Origin: a virus
Lineage: Duplodnaviria; Caudoviricetes
Length of the DNA: 64,000 nucleotides
Virus record (IMG/VR): IMGVR_UViG_2881418779_000002
Span: 2,227 to 66,226 of that record
Direction: 5' to 3' (one strand)
Below, piece after piece: positions 45,466-53,860 of the stretch (within the stretch, counting starts at the first letter, position 1; each line of letters begins with the position of its first letter). Both the position numbers and the translations under genes were made by a program. Below the pieces are notes generated by a model. It was given only the letters and a program-made list of their open reading frames with translations, had not been told where the DNA came from and did no database searches.

Positions 45466-46713
45466 ATGGCGAACTACTACAACGAAATCGACCCATACGC
45501 TGCTAAATGGCTGCGCAACCTCATCGCCGCTGGACACATTGCGCCCGGCGACGTAGATGAACGGAGTATTGAAGATGTTAGACCAGATGACTTACGAGGA
45601 TATATCCAATGCCACTTTTTCGCTGGAATTGGAGTTTGGTCCCATGCTTTACGTCGCGCAGGATGGGCAGATTCGCGACCAGTCTGGACGGGTAGTTGTC
45701 CGTGCCAGCCTTTCAGCGCGGCAGGTAAAGGAATTGGATTTGCTGACGAGCGGCACCTTTGGCCTGCTTGGAACCACCTCATCAGCGAGTGCGATCCTCC
45801 AATCGTCTTTGGAGAGCAAGTTGCGAGTAAAGATGCAGACGCTTGGGTCGACCTTGTACACACTGACATGGAAGCCTTGGGTTACGCCTTCGGGGCGGTC
45901 CCGTTTCCGTCTGCGGGCATCGGTGCCCCGCACATCAGAGACAGGAACTATTGGGTGGCCCACGCCAACATGCAACGTCAACAATCAGCCAGAAACAGAA
46001 AGAGGTCTGCAAACGTTGGCGGGGCAAGCAAGTCTTTCGGGCTGGATCACTCCAACGGTACGGGATTGGAAAGATACGCCGGGGATGATAGCGCAGAGGG
46101 ACGGCAAGGATCGCGTGGATCAGTTGCCGAGACAAGCATATTTGGCGGGCTGGCCGACATGCACGGTAACCGATTCCTCGAGGGGAGTAAAAGACGCGAG
46201 ACCCTGGGATACGGGCAAGCCGCTGAATCAGATCGTGGCGCTGGCCGGTTGGCCGACGCCATCGAAAGCCAACGGGGACGGCGGCCAAACGATGACGCAT
46301 TGCAGTCCATCGGGGCGGAGGTTGGACGGAACAAAATCACAGGTGACACTGAACGGAATAGTCAACTTAGCGGGATGGCCGACGCCAATGGCCGGAACAC
46401 CAGCACAGAAGGGGTACAACGCGTCAGCCAGCACGGATGGGGGCAGAAAAACGGCAGCACTTTGCGGGGCGAACTTAGCGGGATCGGGAGTGACAACATC
46501 ACCCGAATGGAGCGGCCCGGCCCGACTAACGGTTTCTGGCGAGATGTTGACTGGCTTGGATGCAGGGATGGAAAGTGGCGGCCAGTTGAACCCGGCACAT
46601 TCCCGCTGGCTCATGGGGCTGCCTCAAGAGTGGGACGACTGCGCGCCTACGGAAACGCTATCAATGCTGAAGCGGCAAAAACTTTTATCGACACCGTAAT
46701 GGAGTGGTTATGA
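45466..46713 (+). CDS. C5 cytosine DNA methyltransferase, alpha chain
   Basis: FFAGIG (I), [10 protein letters not shown] (IV), FGEQV (VI), GAPHIRDR (VIII) and RLRAYGNAI (X); no motif IX in this frame. Confidence 0.9.
   Translation: MANYYNEIDPYAAKWLRNLIAAGHIAPGDVDERSIEDVRPDDLRGYIQCHFFAGIGVWSHALRRAGWADSRPVWTGSCPCQPFSAAGKGIGFADERHLWPAWNHLISECDPPIVFGEQVASKDADAWVDLVHTDMEALGYAFGAVPFPSAGIGAPHIRDRNYWVAHANMQRQQSARNRKRSANVGGASKSFGLDHSNGTGLERYAGDDSAEGRQGSRGSVAETSIFGGLADMHGNRFLEGSKRRETLGYGQAAESDRGAGRLADAIESQRGRRPNDDALQSIGAEVGRNKITGDTERNSQLSGMADANGRNTSTEGVQRVSQHGWGQKNGSTLRGELSGIGSDNITRMERPGPTNGFWRDVDWLGCRDGKWRPVEPGTFPLAHGAASRVGRLRAYGNAINAEAAKTFIDTVMEWL
45557..46699 (+). CDS. Nested +1-frame ORF, putative methyltransferase beta chain (GWxT modules + motif IX)
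   Basis: 380 codons open entirely within the alpha gene; five GWxT modules and [18 protein letters not shown]. Confidence 0.75.
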   Translation: MNGVLKMLDQMTYEDISNATFSLELEFGPMLYVAQDGQIRDQSGRVVVRASLSARQVKELDLLTSGTFGLLGTTSSASAILQSSLESKLRVKMQTLGSTLYTLTWKPWVTPSGRSRFRLRASVPRTSETGTIGWPTPTCNVNNQPETERGLQTLAGQASLSGWITPTVRDWKDTPGMIAQRDGKDRVDQLPRQAYLAGWPTCTVTDSSRGVKDARPWDTGKPLNQIVALAGWPTPSKANGDGGQTMTHCSPSGRRLDGTKSQVTLNGIVNLAGWPTPMAGTPAQKGYNASASTDGGRKTAALCGANLAGSGVTTSPEWSGPARLTVSGEMLTGLDAGMESGGQLNPAHSRWLMGLPQEWDDCAPTETLSMLKRQKLLSTP

Positions 46714-46762
46714 AATCGAATTTTTCTCATGAGCGTCAGATTGCGAGGGTGGCATGATCAAT

Positions 46763-47302
46763 TTAGTGAGTATCGTCCAGATCAACCCATACCAGCTCCG
46801 AAATATTTTTCTTAATCATGACGGAGGACGATTGTTCAGCGATTCTCATCATAACCCTTCGCATCTCCAAGAGCCAATGCTTATCGGATTGGCCGGCATC
46901 CTCCGTGACCCACACCTCACGACCATGAAACCGCTGGAAAACGTGCGCAAGTATATCCTTAAGTCTAAAAAGACATGTAAGCAGAGTCGGGTCCAGGCAT
47001 CTGAGAGGAATTTTTCCGAGCGAGCTTCGCATCTCGTTGAATGCTGCCACATCAAAAATGACCGGGGATCCTGGCGCGCTCTCGATTTGATCGTTCAAAT
47101 TAATAGCAAATTGCATCGCTTCATGGTTCAGGAGATGCAGGGTCAAAACCGCATTGTCCTCGTCTCGTTGCCGGACAATATTTTGCTGGTGTCTAGAAAT
47201 CCAAATTGCAGCGCCAATAGCTGCGATAGACCCAACCGCCTGAACCCAAGCAGCCCAATCCTGACTACTCATCGGAGGGTACAGCACAAACGTTACCACC
47301 AA
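46763..47302 (-). CDS. Antisense membrane protein (moron); a possible upstream start at 47347 is cut by TGA
   Basis: WAAWVQAVGSIAAIGAAIWIS transmembrane motif. Confidence 0.65.
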   Translation of the reverse strand: MVVTFVLYPPMSSQDWAAWVQAVGSIAAIGAAIWISRHQQNIVRQRDEDNAVLTLHLLNHEAMQFAINLNDQIESAPGSPVIFDVAAFNEMRSSLGKIPLRCLDPTLLTCLFRLKDILAHVFQRFHGREVWVTEDAGQSDKHWLLEMRRVMMRIAEQSSSVMIKKNISELVWVDLDDTH

Positions 47303-47336
47303 AAAGGCACTGGCAAATCCAATTGTAATTTTTCAT

Positions 47337-47621
47337 CTAAGCAACATCACTTTCTCCCATATTTTGGGGGAATCCTAACATGACCCAAACCCGCAAAGGT
47401 ATCGATAAGGCGTTTACGATTGATTTACTCGCGCCACAGTCGTGCAGAGGGCCAATCAAGATCCGGCTGCATAAGGATGAGGAACCACCCTCATCGCGCA
47501 CGCCAATCAATTCGTTTCGGTGATCACAGGTTGGGCAAATAAAGTAAGACCCTACCTCATCGACTTCTGGCGTAAGGAGTGCAAAGTCCCACTCAGTTTT
47601 GCATTTTCGACATATCCACAT
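47337..47621 (-). CDS. Small zinc-ribbon protein
   Basis: CRKC...CPTCDHRN in the first 40 aa; the C-terminal half looks non-conserved. Confidence 0.4.
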   Translation of the reverse strand: MWICRKCKTEWDFALLTPEVDEVGSYFICPTCDHRNELIGVRDEGGSSSLCSRILIGPLHDCGASKSIVNALSIPLRVWVMLGFPQNMGESDVA

Positions 47622-47653
47622 GGAAGCCTCCGAGCAGATTCAGGAATCCTATC

Positions 47654-48001
47654 ATGACAAAAGAACAGACGCAGGAAATTAAAGCGCGACTACGTTCGCC
47701 GGAAACCGCTATTCCCCCAATGACCGACCCGCTTGGTAAGCACTGGAGGCAACCGCGCCGTGAAACGATATCGCTCGATGACACGCATGCACTGATGGAT
47801 GCCAGCTCGTTTGCGCAATTAGCGGACTACTCATCAACGCACCCCAGTGGCGTCTATCCCGGAAAGATGTGGAAGCGCCACGATGGACTGTTCGATCGGC
47901 GCTGCAAGACGGAAGATCGCGTCTGGTTGCTCTGTTGGTTTGGTGAATGTGATGACCCAACCAAATGCTCAAACAATTATCGTCAAATTCTAGTGGCATA
48001 A
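47654..48001 (+). CDS. Conserved hypothetical phage protein
   Basis: IPPMTDPLGKHWRQP...YSSTHPSGVYPGKMWK. Confidence 0.65.
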   Translation: MTKEQTQEIKARLRSPETAIPPMTDPLGKHWRQPRRETISLDDTHALMDASSFAQLADYSSTHPSGVYPGKMWKRHDGLFDRRCKTEDRVWLLCWFGECDDPTKCSNNYRQILVA

Positions 48002-48011
48002 AGGATAAATC

Positions 48012-49079
48012 ATGGAATTGAATATCGAGCAGGCAACGGCATTTGCCGATAAGTTTGCTGTGACGGTTGAAAATGCCTTCATAGCCCATACGGGCGAACA
48101 CATGGATCACGACGCTGCTTATGCCATTGCAGAAGCCTTGGCAGGTGCAGCACTAAGCCAGCAGGAGCCTGACAGCTATAGAGTCATCACGTCGGACGGT
48201 GTTTCTGCATTGTTTGATGCGCCGATTAACGTGACGTTCTGGCGCGAAAAAATGGGTCATACAGTTTTGCCGCTATTCGCCGCCTCACCAATGCCAGTAA
48301 ACATCGCCCAATCGATCCACTATCCTGACTGTTGGGATGCGGCCACATATCCGACAGTTGAATCAGCGCTAGCCGAAATAGGTGCGTTCAAATGCTCGGA
48401 ATGCACCGCGCCAGCACAGCTGCAGCATAGCGATGATGTCGCGGTAGATCGGTTCGCTGTTGCTATGAAAGAAAAGATGACTGTATCACGCGCCAATGGT
48501 AGGAGTGGATGGGACGATCATGGTCGCTGCACAAATCAAAGCCTTAGTGACATGCTCATAGCCCACGTCACCAAGGGAGATCCTATCGATGTTGCAAACT
48601 TTGCGATGATGATTCACCAGCGCGGGGAGCGTATAGCAGCGTCAGCAAAACACAAAAGCAGTTTAGCAACTGAATTGCGCGAGTACGCATCTAATTCAGG
48701 CTATAGCCATAACGACTATGCAGACGTGCTACGCGCTGGCGCTGATGCGATTGAACGGTTAGAAGCGCTGAAATACTCGGAAGCGCCAACACAGACAGTA
48801 GGCGAAAGCACTACTGGCGATAAGTATCGAGCTGAGTTGTACGATGAGGTTTGGGTGCTTGCCAGAAAGTATGGATTCGCTAACGTGACTATGGCTATAG
48901 ATGCGGCAGTGAAGACAAAGTTGGTGCCATTGAGTGATGACCAGATAAAGAGCATAGCCCACGACCAGAAACACTGGGGAGCCGCCCACGGAAGCGAGGA
49001 CTTAGATGGAGGTCCAGACTTAGTAATTGATCCCGTGAAATTCGCCCGCGCCATCCTCGCTACTCAGGAGGCGAAATGA
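48012..49079 (+). CDS. Mosaic accessory protein (Ea22/EaA-like region)
   Basis: Internal DDVAVDRFAVAMKEK...GRSGW...HVTKGDPIDVANFAMM module. Confidence 0.6.
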   Translation: MELNIEQATAFADKFAVTVENAFIAHTGEHMDHDAAYAIAEALAGAALSQQEPDSYRVITSDGVSALFDAPINVTFWREKMGHTVLPLFAASPMPVNIAQSIHYPDCWDAATYPTVESALAEIGAFKCSECTAPAQLQHSDDVAVDRFAVAMKEKMTVSRANGRSGWDDHGRCTNQSLSDMLIAHVTKGDPIDVANFAMMIHQRGERIAASAKHKSSLATELREYASNSGYSHNDYADVLRAGADAIERLEALKYSEAPTQTVGESTTGDKYRAELYDEVWVLARKYGFANVTMAIDAAVKTKLVPLSDDQIKSIAHDQKHWGAAHGSEDLDGGPDLVIDPVKFARAILATQEAK

Positions 49080-49237
49080 CAGTCTCAGAACTCATTACCG
49101 AGCTGCAAAAGCACCCTGGATACTATCCTGTTTGGCTAATCACCTATACCGATGGTCCGTCGGCAATCGACGACGTCTCCTGCGAGTCGGGAATCGGTAA
49201 CGCTGGATGCATTCTCAACATTACAGGCGAATCATGA
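49076..49237 (+). CDS. 53-aa hypothetical protein (not in ORF track)
   Basis: MTVSELITELQKHP...; ATGA overlaps at both ends. Confidence 0.5.
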   Translation: MTVSELITELQKHPGYYPVWLITYTDGPSAIDDVSCESGIGNAGCILNITGES

Positions 49238-49485
49238 TCAATCGCATAGTTACCCCATCAAGACAGCGGCGGGCCGCGAAGCCAAAGCAATCGCCTTTAC
49301 CCGCCACCCTGGCAAACTCGAAGCCACTGAGCGCTGAGCGAATCGCATTCGCTGCCTGGGCATATGGTGTTGAGGCCGCTCCATGCGAAGCAAATAAGCT
49401 GGCGCACGAACGCATTGAAAAGATGGTTCGCGCCATTGTAGAAGAGGTTTGCAGGGTCTTGGTCACTAAGGAGCTAACAGCATGA
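49234..49485 (+). CDS. Hypothetical protein
   Basis: ATGA-coupled on both sides. Confidence 0.45.
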   Translation: MINRIVTPSRQRRAAKPKQSPLPATLANSKPLSAERIAFAAWAYGVEAAPCEANKLAHERIEKMVRAIVEEVCRVLVTKELTA

Positions 49486-50543
49486 GCGATAAATTACGCG
49501 AGGCATTAGAGATTGGTCTTCGGTGGGCCAACTATGGGTATTACATGAAGGACCACAGCCCCCAATCAAGTGCAAATGCGGACGCCGATGCCCGCAAGAT
49601 CGAAGCCGCCCTCTTGGATTTTGCGCAGGATAACGCGACGCAAAAACATAGCGGTGACGTCAACGATATGACCATTATCGGTTTTTTTGCTGAGACATCT
49701 TTGCTAGAGGGCATTGCTCCATCGCCTAAAATCTACAATGCGGCAGTCGCCACAGTTAAGTATTTTTTGAGCACCTCAAATACTTCGAGTAGTTCGGTAG
49801 CATCTGTGCCGCACAACGAAAGCGCCGAGCACTGGAAAGCCAATCACAACAATCTGGTCAGACGTCTCGCGCTGCTGTTAGAGCGTCCCGATCTTCCGGT
49901 TGACAGAATTTCAGCCTATCAGGAGTTAGTGCAGTTGCAAGAGCGGCTAAAGCGCCACGAACTACAGTCTAAAAGTAAACATCCGGCACCGTGCGCCCGA
50001 TATTGCGAGGCGAAGGCGTTTGAGATCGAGATTCGCAATTTGAGCGCTGAATTGGCGAAGGCGCAAATAGTAGTGGGCGACTTATCCGTTCTAGTTCGCC
50101 AATTAGTCCGCGCACTCAGTGGAGCCGCGCCAGACCACAGGTTGTTAGTGAGGGTGATGGACTACTTACAGCGCAAGGGCTTGCAAGGTAGTCCATTGCG
50201 AAGCGATGCCGGAATTCCGGTATCGGACGGCTGGATTGGCGTTAATGAGCGGATGCCGGAAGTGAAAACTACCGATCGCAAGGATTTCTTCATCGCTTGC
50301 AGGCGTGCGCACAACCAGAAAACTCACACGCTCAATGCGACATATTTAAATGGATTTCATCTATATGCAGATGAGGGGGCGACCGCGTCATTTACGGGAT
50401 GGTACAAAAAGATGTTGAATGCGGAATTTGAGGACTATTACGAACCCATTGAAACGGAAGGCGATGTTGTTACGCACTGGATGGAGTTACCGCCTGCCCC
50501 AACGCAAGATAAGGCCACCGGATCAAAAGGAGTTGATTTATGA
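49482..50543 (+). CDS. Mosaic accessory protein with C-terminal DUF551-like domain
   Basis: GWIGVNERMPE...VTHWMELPPAP. Confidence 0.65.
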   Translation: MSDKLREALEIGLRWANYGYYMKDHSPQSSANADADARKIEAALLDFAQDNATQKHSGDVNDMTIIGFFAETSLLEGIAPSPKIYNAAVATVKYFLSTSNTSSSSVASVPHNESAEHWKANHNNLVRRLALLLERPDLPVDRISAYQELVQLQERLKRHELQSKSKHPAPCARYCEAKAFEIEIRNLSAELAKAQIVVGDLSVLVRQLVRALSGAAPDHRLLVRVMDYLQRKGLQGSPLRSDAGIPVSDGWIGVNERMPEVKTTDRKDFFIACRRAHNQKTHTLNATYLNGFHLYADEGATASFTGWYKKMLNAEFEDYYEPIETEGDVVTHWMELPPAPTQDKATGSKGVDL

Positions 50544-50746
50544 ACCACGCAATGACTTGGGTTAAGCTTACAAAATACGTTGACATAACAGGCGACACCG
50601 CAGATGCGGTCCGGTCACGCAGAAAAATGGGTAAATGGCTGGACGGCACCCAGTGCAAGATTGTCGACGGATTTTTGTGGGTAAATTTGGCTGAGGCAGA
50701 AAAATGGGTGGAGCAATGGGGAACCAAGCAAGCACTCGCGGCATAG
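50540..50746 (+). CDS. xis: Excisionase
   Basis: WVKLTKY..ITG...V..RRKMGKWLDG...DG.LWVNL; overlaps int. Confidence 0.8.
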   Translation: MNHAMTWVKLTKYVDITGDTADAVRSRRKMGKWLDGTQCKIVDGFLWVNLAEAEKWVEQWGTKQALAA

Positions 50747-51918
50747 AACTGCGAAAAGGAACGGAATCCGAGTCCATTCGAATCCGGTTCATGTACAAGG
50801 GAATGGAGTGCCGAGAGTCACTAAAACTTGCGCACACCAAGCAGAACATCAACTACGCGATCCGCCTTCGCGGGGAAATCCTCAATGCTATTGAGCGCGG
50901 GAATTTCAATTACGCGGAATATTTTCCCGACTCAACTACGGCTAGCAAATTCGGCCCAGCTCCCGTGAAGGAGACTATCGGCGAGTTACTGCGCGAACAA
51001 TTGGATATTGCAAAGAAAACACTATCAGCCAGCACACATCGTGGGTATAAGCAGGTTTGTGACTCGCATCTATTCGATCAGTGGGATAAAACCCTATTGC
51101 GCGATTTGACGGCACCGGCGATTAGGGCATGGATTGCTGGACTGGATTGCAAAATCAAGACTGTCCGCAACATTCTTACCCCATTGCGGAATGCCTTGGA
51201 GCAGGCGGTTAATGACGACCTTATCGAATTTAATCCATTGGAGCGAGTCAAACTATCAAAGATCATGCCACGAGAAGCGCGCAAAACTGACTTTGAAGTT
51301 GATCCGTTCGATATGAAGGAAATTAGCGCAATCCTGGCGGCGTGCGTCGGTCAAGAGCGAAACGTGTGGCAGCACGCGTTTGCAACGGGAATGCGAACAT
51401 CGGAGTTTATCGCACTGGAGTGGCAATCGATTGACTGGGTGAGTTCAAAAATTAGTGTTGATCGCGTCAAAACTCAAGGCATCACCAAGACGGATGCCAA
51501 AACCGCAGCGGGTAATCGGAAGATAGATATGCTACGCGGCGCATACGACGCCCTGGTTGCGCAAAAGGAATTCACTCAACTAAAAGGAGGATTGGTATTT
51601 GAGGATCCTCGTTATAACGAAGGGTGGGCTGATGACCATGCGCTAGCCAAGCGCTGGCGACGAATCTTAACAAAGGCAGGAGTCAGGTATCGCAATCCGT
51701 ACCAGACGCGTCATACCTTCGCTAGTACGTTGCTATCCGCAGGAGCAAACCCTTTATACGTCGCAAAGATGATGGGACACCGCGACACCGAGATGATTAC
51801 CCGAAATTATGGTCGTTGGATTGAGCAGGGAACCGAATCGGAAACGCGGAAACAGCTTTTGGAGTTTTTCGCCCAAATGTCGCCCAAATCAAATGGGATA
51901 ATCGGCAAAGCGTTATAG
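50716..51918 (+). CDS. int: Prophage tyrosine integrase
   Basis: Arm-binding N-terminus (IRIRFMYKGMECRE); TGMRTSE, RNPYQTRHTFAS and MGHRD...Y catalytic motifs. Confidence 0.95.
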   Translation: MGNQASTRGIELRKGTESESIRIRFMYKGMECRESLKLAHTKQNINYAIRLRGEILNAIERGNFNYAEYFPDSTTASKFGPAPVKETIGELLREQLDIAKKTLSASTHRGYKQVCDSHLFDQWDKTLLRDLTAPAIRAWIAGLDCKIKTVRNILTPLRNALEQAVNDDLIEFNPLERVKLSKIMPREARKTDFEVDPFDMKEISAILAACVGQERNVWQHAFATGMRTSEFIALEWQSIDWVSSKISVDRVKTQGITKTDAKTAAGNRKIDMLRGAYDALVAQKEFTQLKGGLVFEDPRYNEGWADDHALAKRWRRILTKAGVRYRNPYQTRHTFASTLLSAGANPLYVAKMMGHRDTEMITRNYGRWIEQGTESETRKQLLEFFAQMSPKSNGIIGKAL

Positions 51919-51940
51919 GAACAGGCTCGGCGGTGACCGT

Positions 51941-51971
51941 GACGCGGGTTCGATTCCCGCCGCCTCCACCA
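51941..51971 (+). repeat. tmRNA (ssrA) 3'-end fragment: prophage att site and left junction of the second island
   Basis: GACGCGGGTTCGATTCCCGCCGCCTCCACCA: T-arm plus acceptor strand with U70 and CCA; no matching 5' acceptor strand just upstream. Confidence 0.8.
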
Positions 51972-52003
51972 ATTACGCGTATCACAAAGTCCCAAACTGT
52001 TCC

Positions 52004-52038
52004 AAAGGCCGCTCCCCTCATAGGGAAGCGGCCTTTTT
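52004..52038 (+). terminator. Terminator-like hairpin after the ssrA fragment
   Basis: AAGGCCGCTCCCC-TCATA-GGGAAGCGGCCTT followed by a T run. Confidence 0.7.
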
Positions 52039-52133
52039 ATTGTCTCGTGAGGTATCATAAAGTATCGCCACATCCCGTGATTTCAGACGGTATGTCTGAC
52101 GGTATCCCACCACCTTACAAGAGACATACCGTC

Positions 52134-53348
52134 ATGCCCCTTACAGACATTGAAATCCGTAATGCTAAAGCAAAGGATAAAGACTACAAGCTTTCTGATG
52201 AACGAGGTCTTTATCTTCTTATCAATAAAGCAGGAAAATATTGGCGTTATGACTATCGTTTTTCAGGAAAACGCAAAACGTTTGCGATAGGGGTTTATCC
52301 AGACATAACCCTTGCCGTTGCCAGAGTAAAACTTAACGAAGCACGTACCTTAGTCGCAAACGAGATCGATCCTGCGGTAAATAAGCAGGTGCAAAAGGCG
52401 GCAACCGTAGCTAGAGCGGCCAACAGTTTTGAAGTGGTGGCCCGCGAATGGTTTGCAAAATTCTCCAAAGAATGGGCGGAGAGTCACAGCAGCAAAATTC
52501 TCCGCCGCTTAGAGCGAGACATTTTCCCTTGGATTGGTGGCCGCCCAATTGCGGACATTACACCGCCCGAACTTTTAGCCGTGCTGCGCAGAATTGAAAA
52601 CCGTGGCGCACTAGAGACAGCGCATCGAGCACATCAAAACTGCAGTCAGGTATTCCGTTACGCAGTAGCGAGCGGACATATGCAACGCGACTTCTCGCCG
52701 GACTTACGCGGAGCGATTCCGCCAGCGAAAGAAACTCACCACCCATCAATTACTGACCTCAAGGGGATAGGTGAACTAATGCGGGTCATTCAAAGCTACG
52801 GTGGCTCATTTGTTACCCAGTGTGCGCTACGGCTCCTTCCTCTCGTTTTTGTTCGTTCGGCAGAACTACGGAAAGCCGAATGGGTAGAGTTTGATATAGA
52901 TCGGGCGGAGTGGCGCGTTCCTGCTGAGCGCATGAAAATGAAGGAACAGCATATCGTTCCCCTCTCCTTCCAGGCTGTCGTAATCCTGCGGGAGCTTCAC
53001 CCACTGACGGGTCACGGGAAATATGTTTTCCCGGGCGCAAGGACAAACGGACGTCCAATGAGTGAGAATACCGTCAACGGTGCGTTACGCCGCTTGGGGT
53101 ATAGCAAAGAAGAAATGACCGGCCACGGTTTTCGGAGCATGGCATCTACGCATTTAAATGAACAGGGCTGGAATCCAGACGCCATCGAACGCCAACTGGC
53201 GCATGGTGAGCGCGATCCCGTGCGCGGGGCTTATAACTTTGCTGAATATTTGGGAGAGAGGCGCAATATGATGCAGTCTTGGGCCGATTTTCTTGACAAA
53301 CTGGCCAGCGGGGATAAAGTCATGCCAATAGACAACAAAGTTGCTTAG
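52134..53348 (+). CDS. P4-family tyrosine integrase of the second island
   Basis: MPLTDIEIRNAK..DKDYKLSDERGLYL; VRSAELR, HGFRSMAST, IERQLAH and AYN motifs. Confidence 0.95.
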   Translation: MPLTDIEIRNAKAKDKDYKLSDERGLYLLINKAGKYWRYDYRFSGKRKTFAIGVYPDITLAVARVKLNEARTLVANEIDPAVNKQVQKAATVARAANSFEVVAREWFAKFSKEWAESHSSKILRRLERDIFPWIGGRPIADITPPELLAVLRRIENRGALETAHRAHQNCSQVFRYAVASGHMQRDFSPDLRGAIPPAKETHHPSITDLKGIGELMRVIQSYGGSFVTQCALRLLPLVFVRSAELRKAEWVEFDIDRAEWRVPAERMKMKEQHIVPLSFQAVVILRELHPLTGHGKYVFPGARTNGRPMSENTVNGALRRLGYSKEEMTGHGFRSMASTHLNEQGWNPDAIERQLAHGERDPVRGAYNFAEYLGERRNMMQSWADFLDKLASGDKVMPIDNKVA

Positions 53349-53860
53349 TAAATTGCCCGAGATTATTTTAACGGAATGGGGCGGAGTGTTCAAATCACCA
53401 CGTCCCAACCAATGAAATCAAAGACTTAGGCCGATCCGACGATCGGCCTTTTCTATTTTAATTATTCTGTACCTTAGTTGCGGCAAGTTTTTTCTCCACA
53501 ATTATTGACTTTTTTCGTAGTCAGTACGCTACGCTGATCCGCAATTATCCTAACAAACTGTTCATGTCCAGCAGCAACCCCTGCATTCATATCCCTTAAA
53601 TGCAGAAACGGCCGAATAATTCGAGCAATTTTCCGCGTGACACCGAACAAAATAAGACCAGATATTTTCCTCGTTTATGTTTACTGGTATCAATGTTTCC
53701 ACACCGAAGGTAGTATTCAAGCGCATGCCGTTTGTACAACTATTGGAAAATATGCGTCGCCTCATGCATCTTTATCTCTAACTCACCAAAGCACCATTGT
53801 TATATGTAGGTTCCGCAGCTCAAATTTAATGTGGTTTGACGATAACAACGAGGGATTAAG

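Larger units (their letters stand above)
1..51971. mobile_element. Lambdoid prophage (left end beyond the window)
   Basis: Contiguous lysis, tail, head, late control, replication, immunity and integration modules ending at an att-like tmRNA fragment. Confidence 0.95.

Noticed and set aside
46754-47383. Plus-strand 209-aa ORF
   Set aside because: Antisense shadow of the minus-strand membrane protein, with no recognisable motifs.
51895-51971. Complete tRNA or complete tmRNA
   Set aside because: No complementary 5' acceptor strand or D/anticodon arms upstream; that sequence is integrase coding DNA.
51933-52133. N-terminal extension of the island integrase given in the ORF track
   Set aside because: It runs through the tmRNA fragment and terminator; the family-typical start MPLTD is at 52134.
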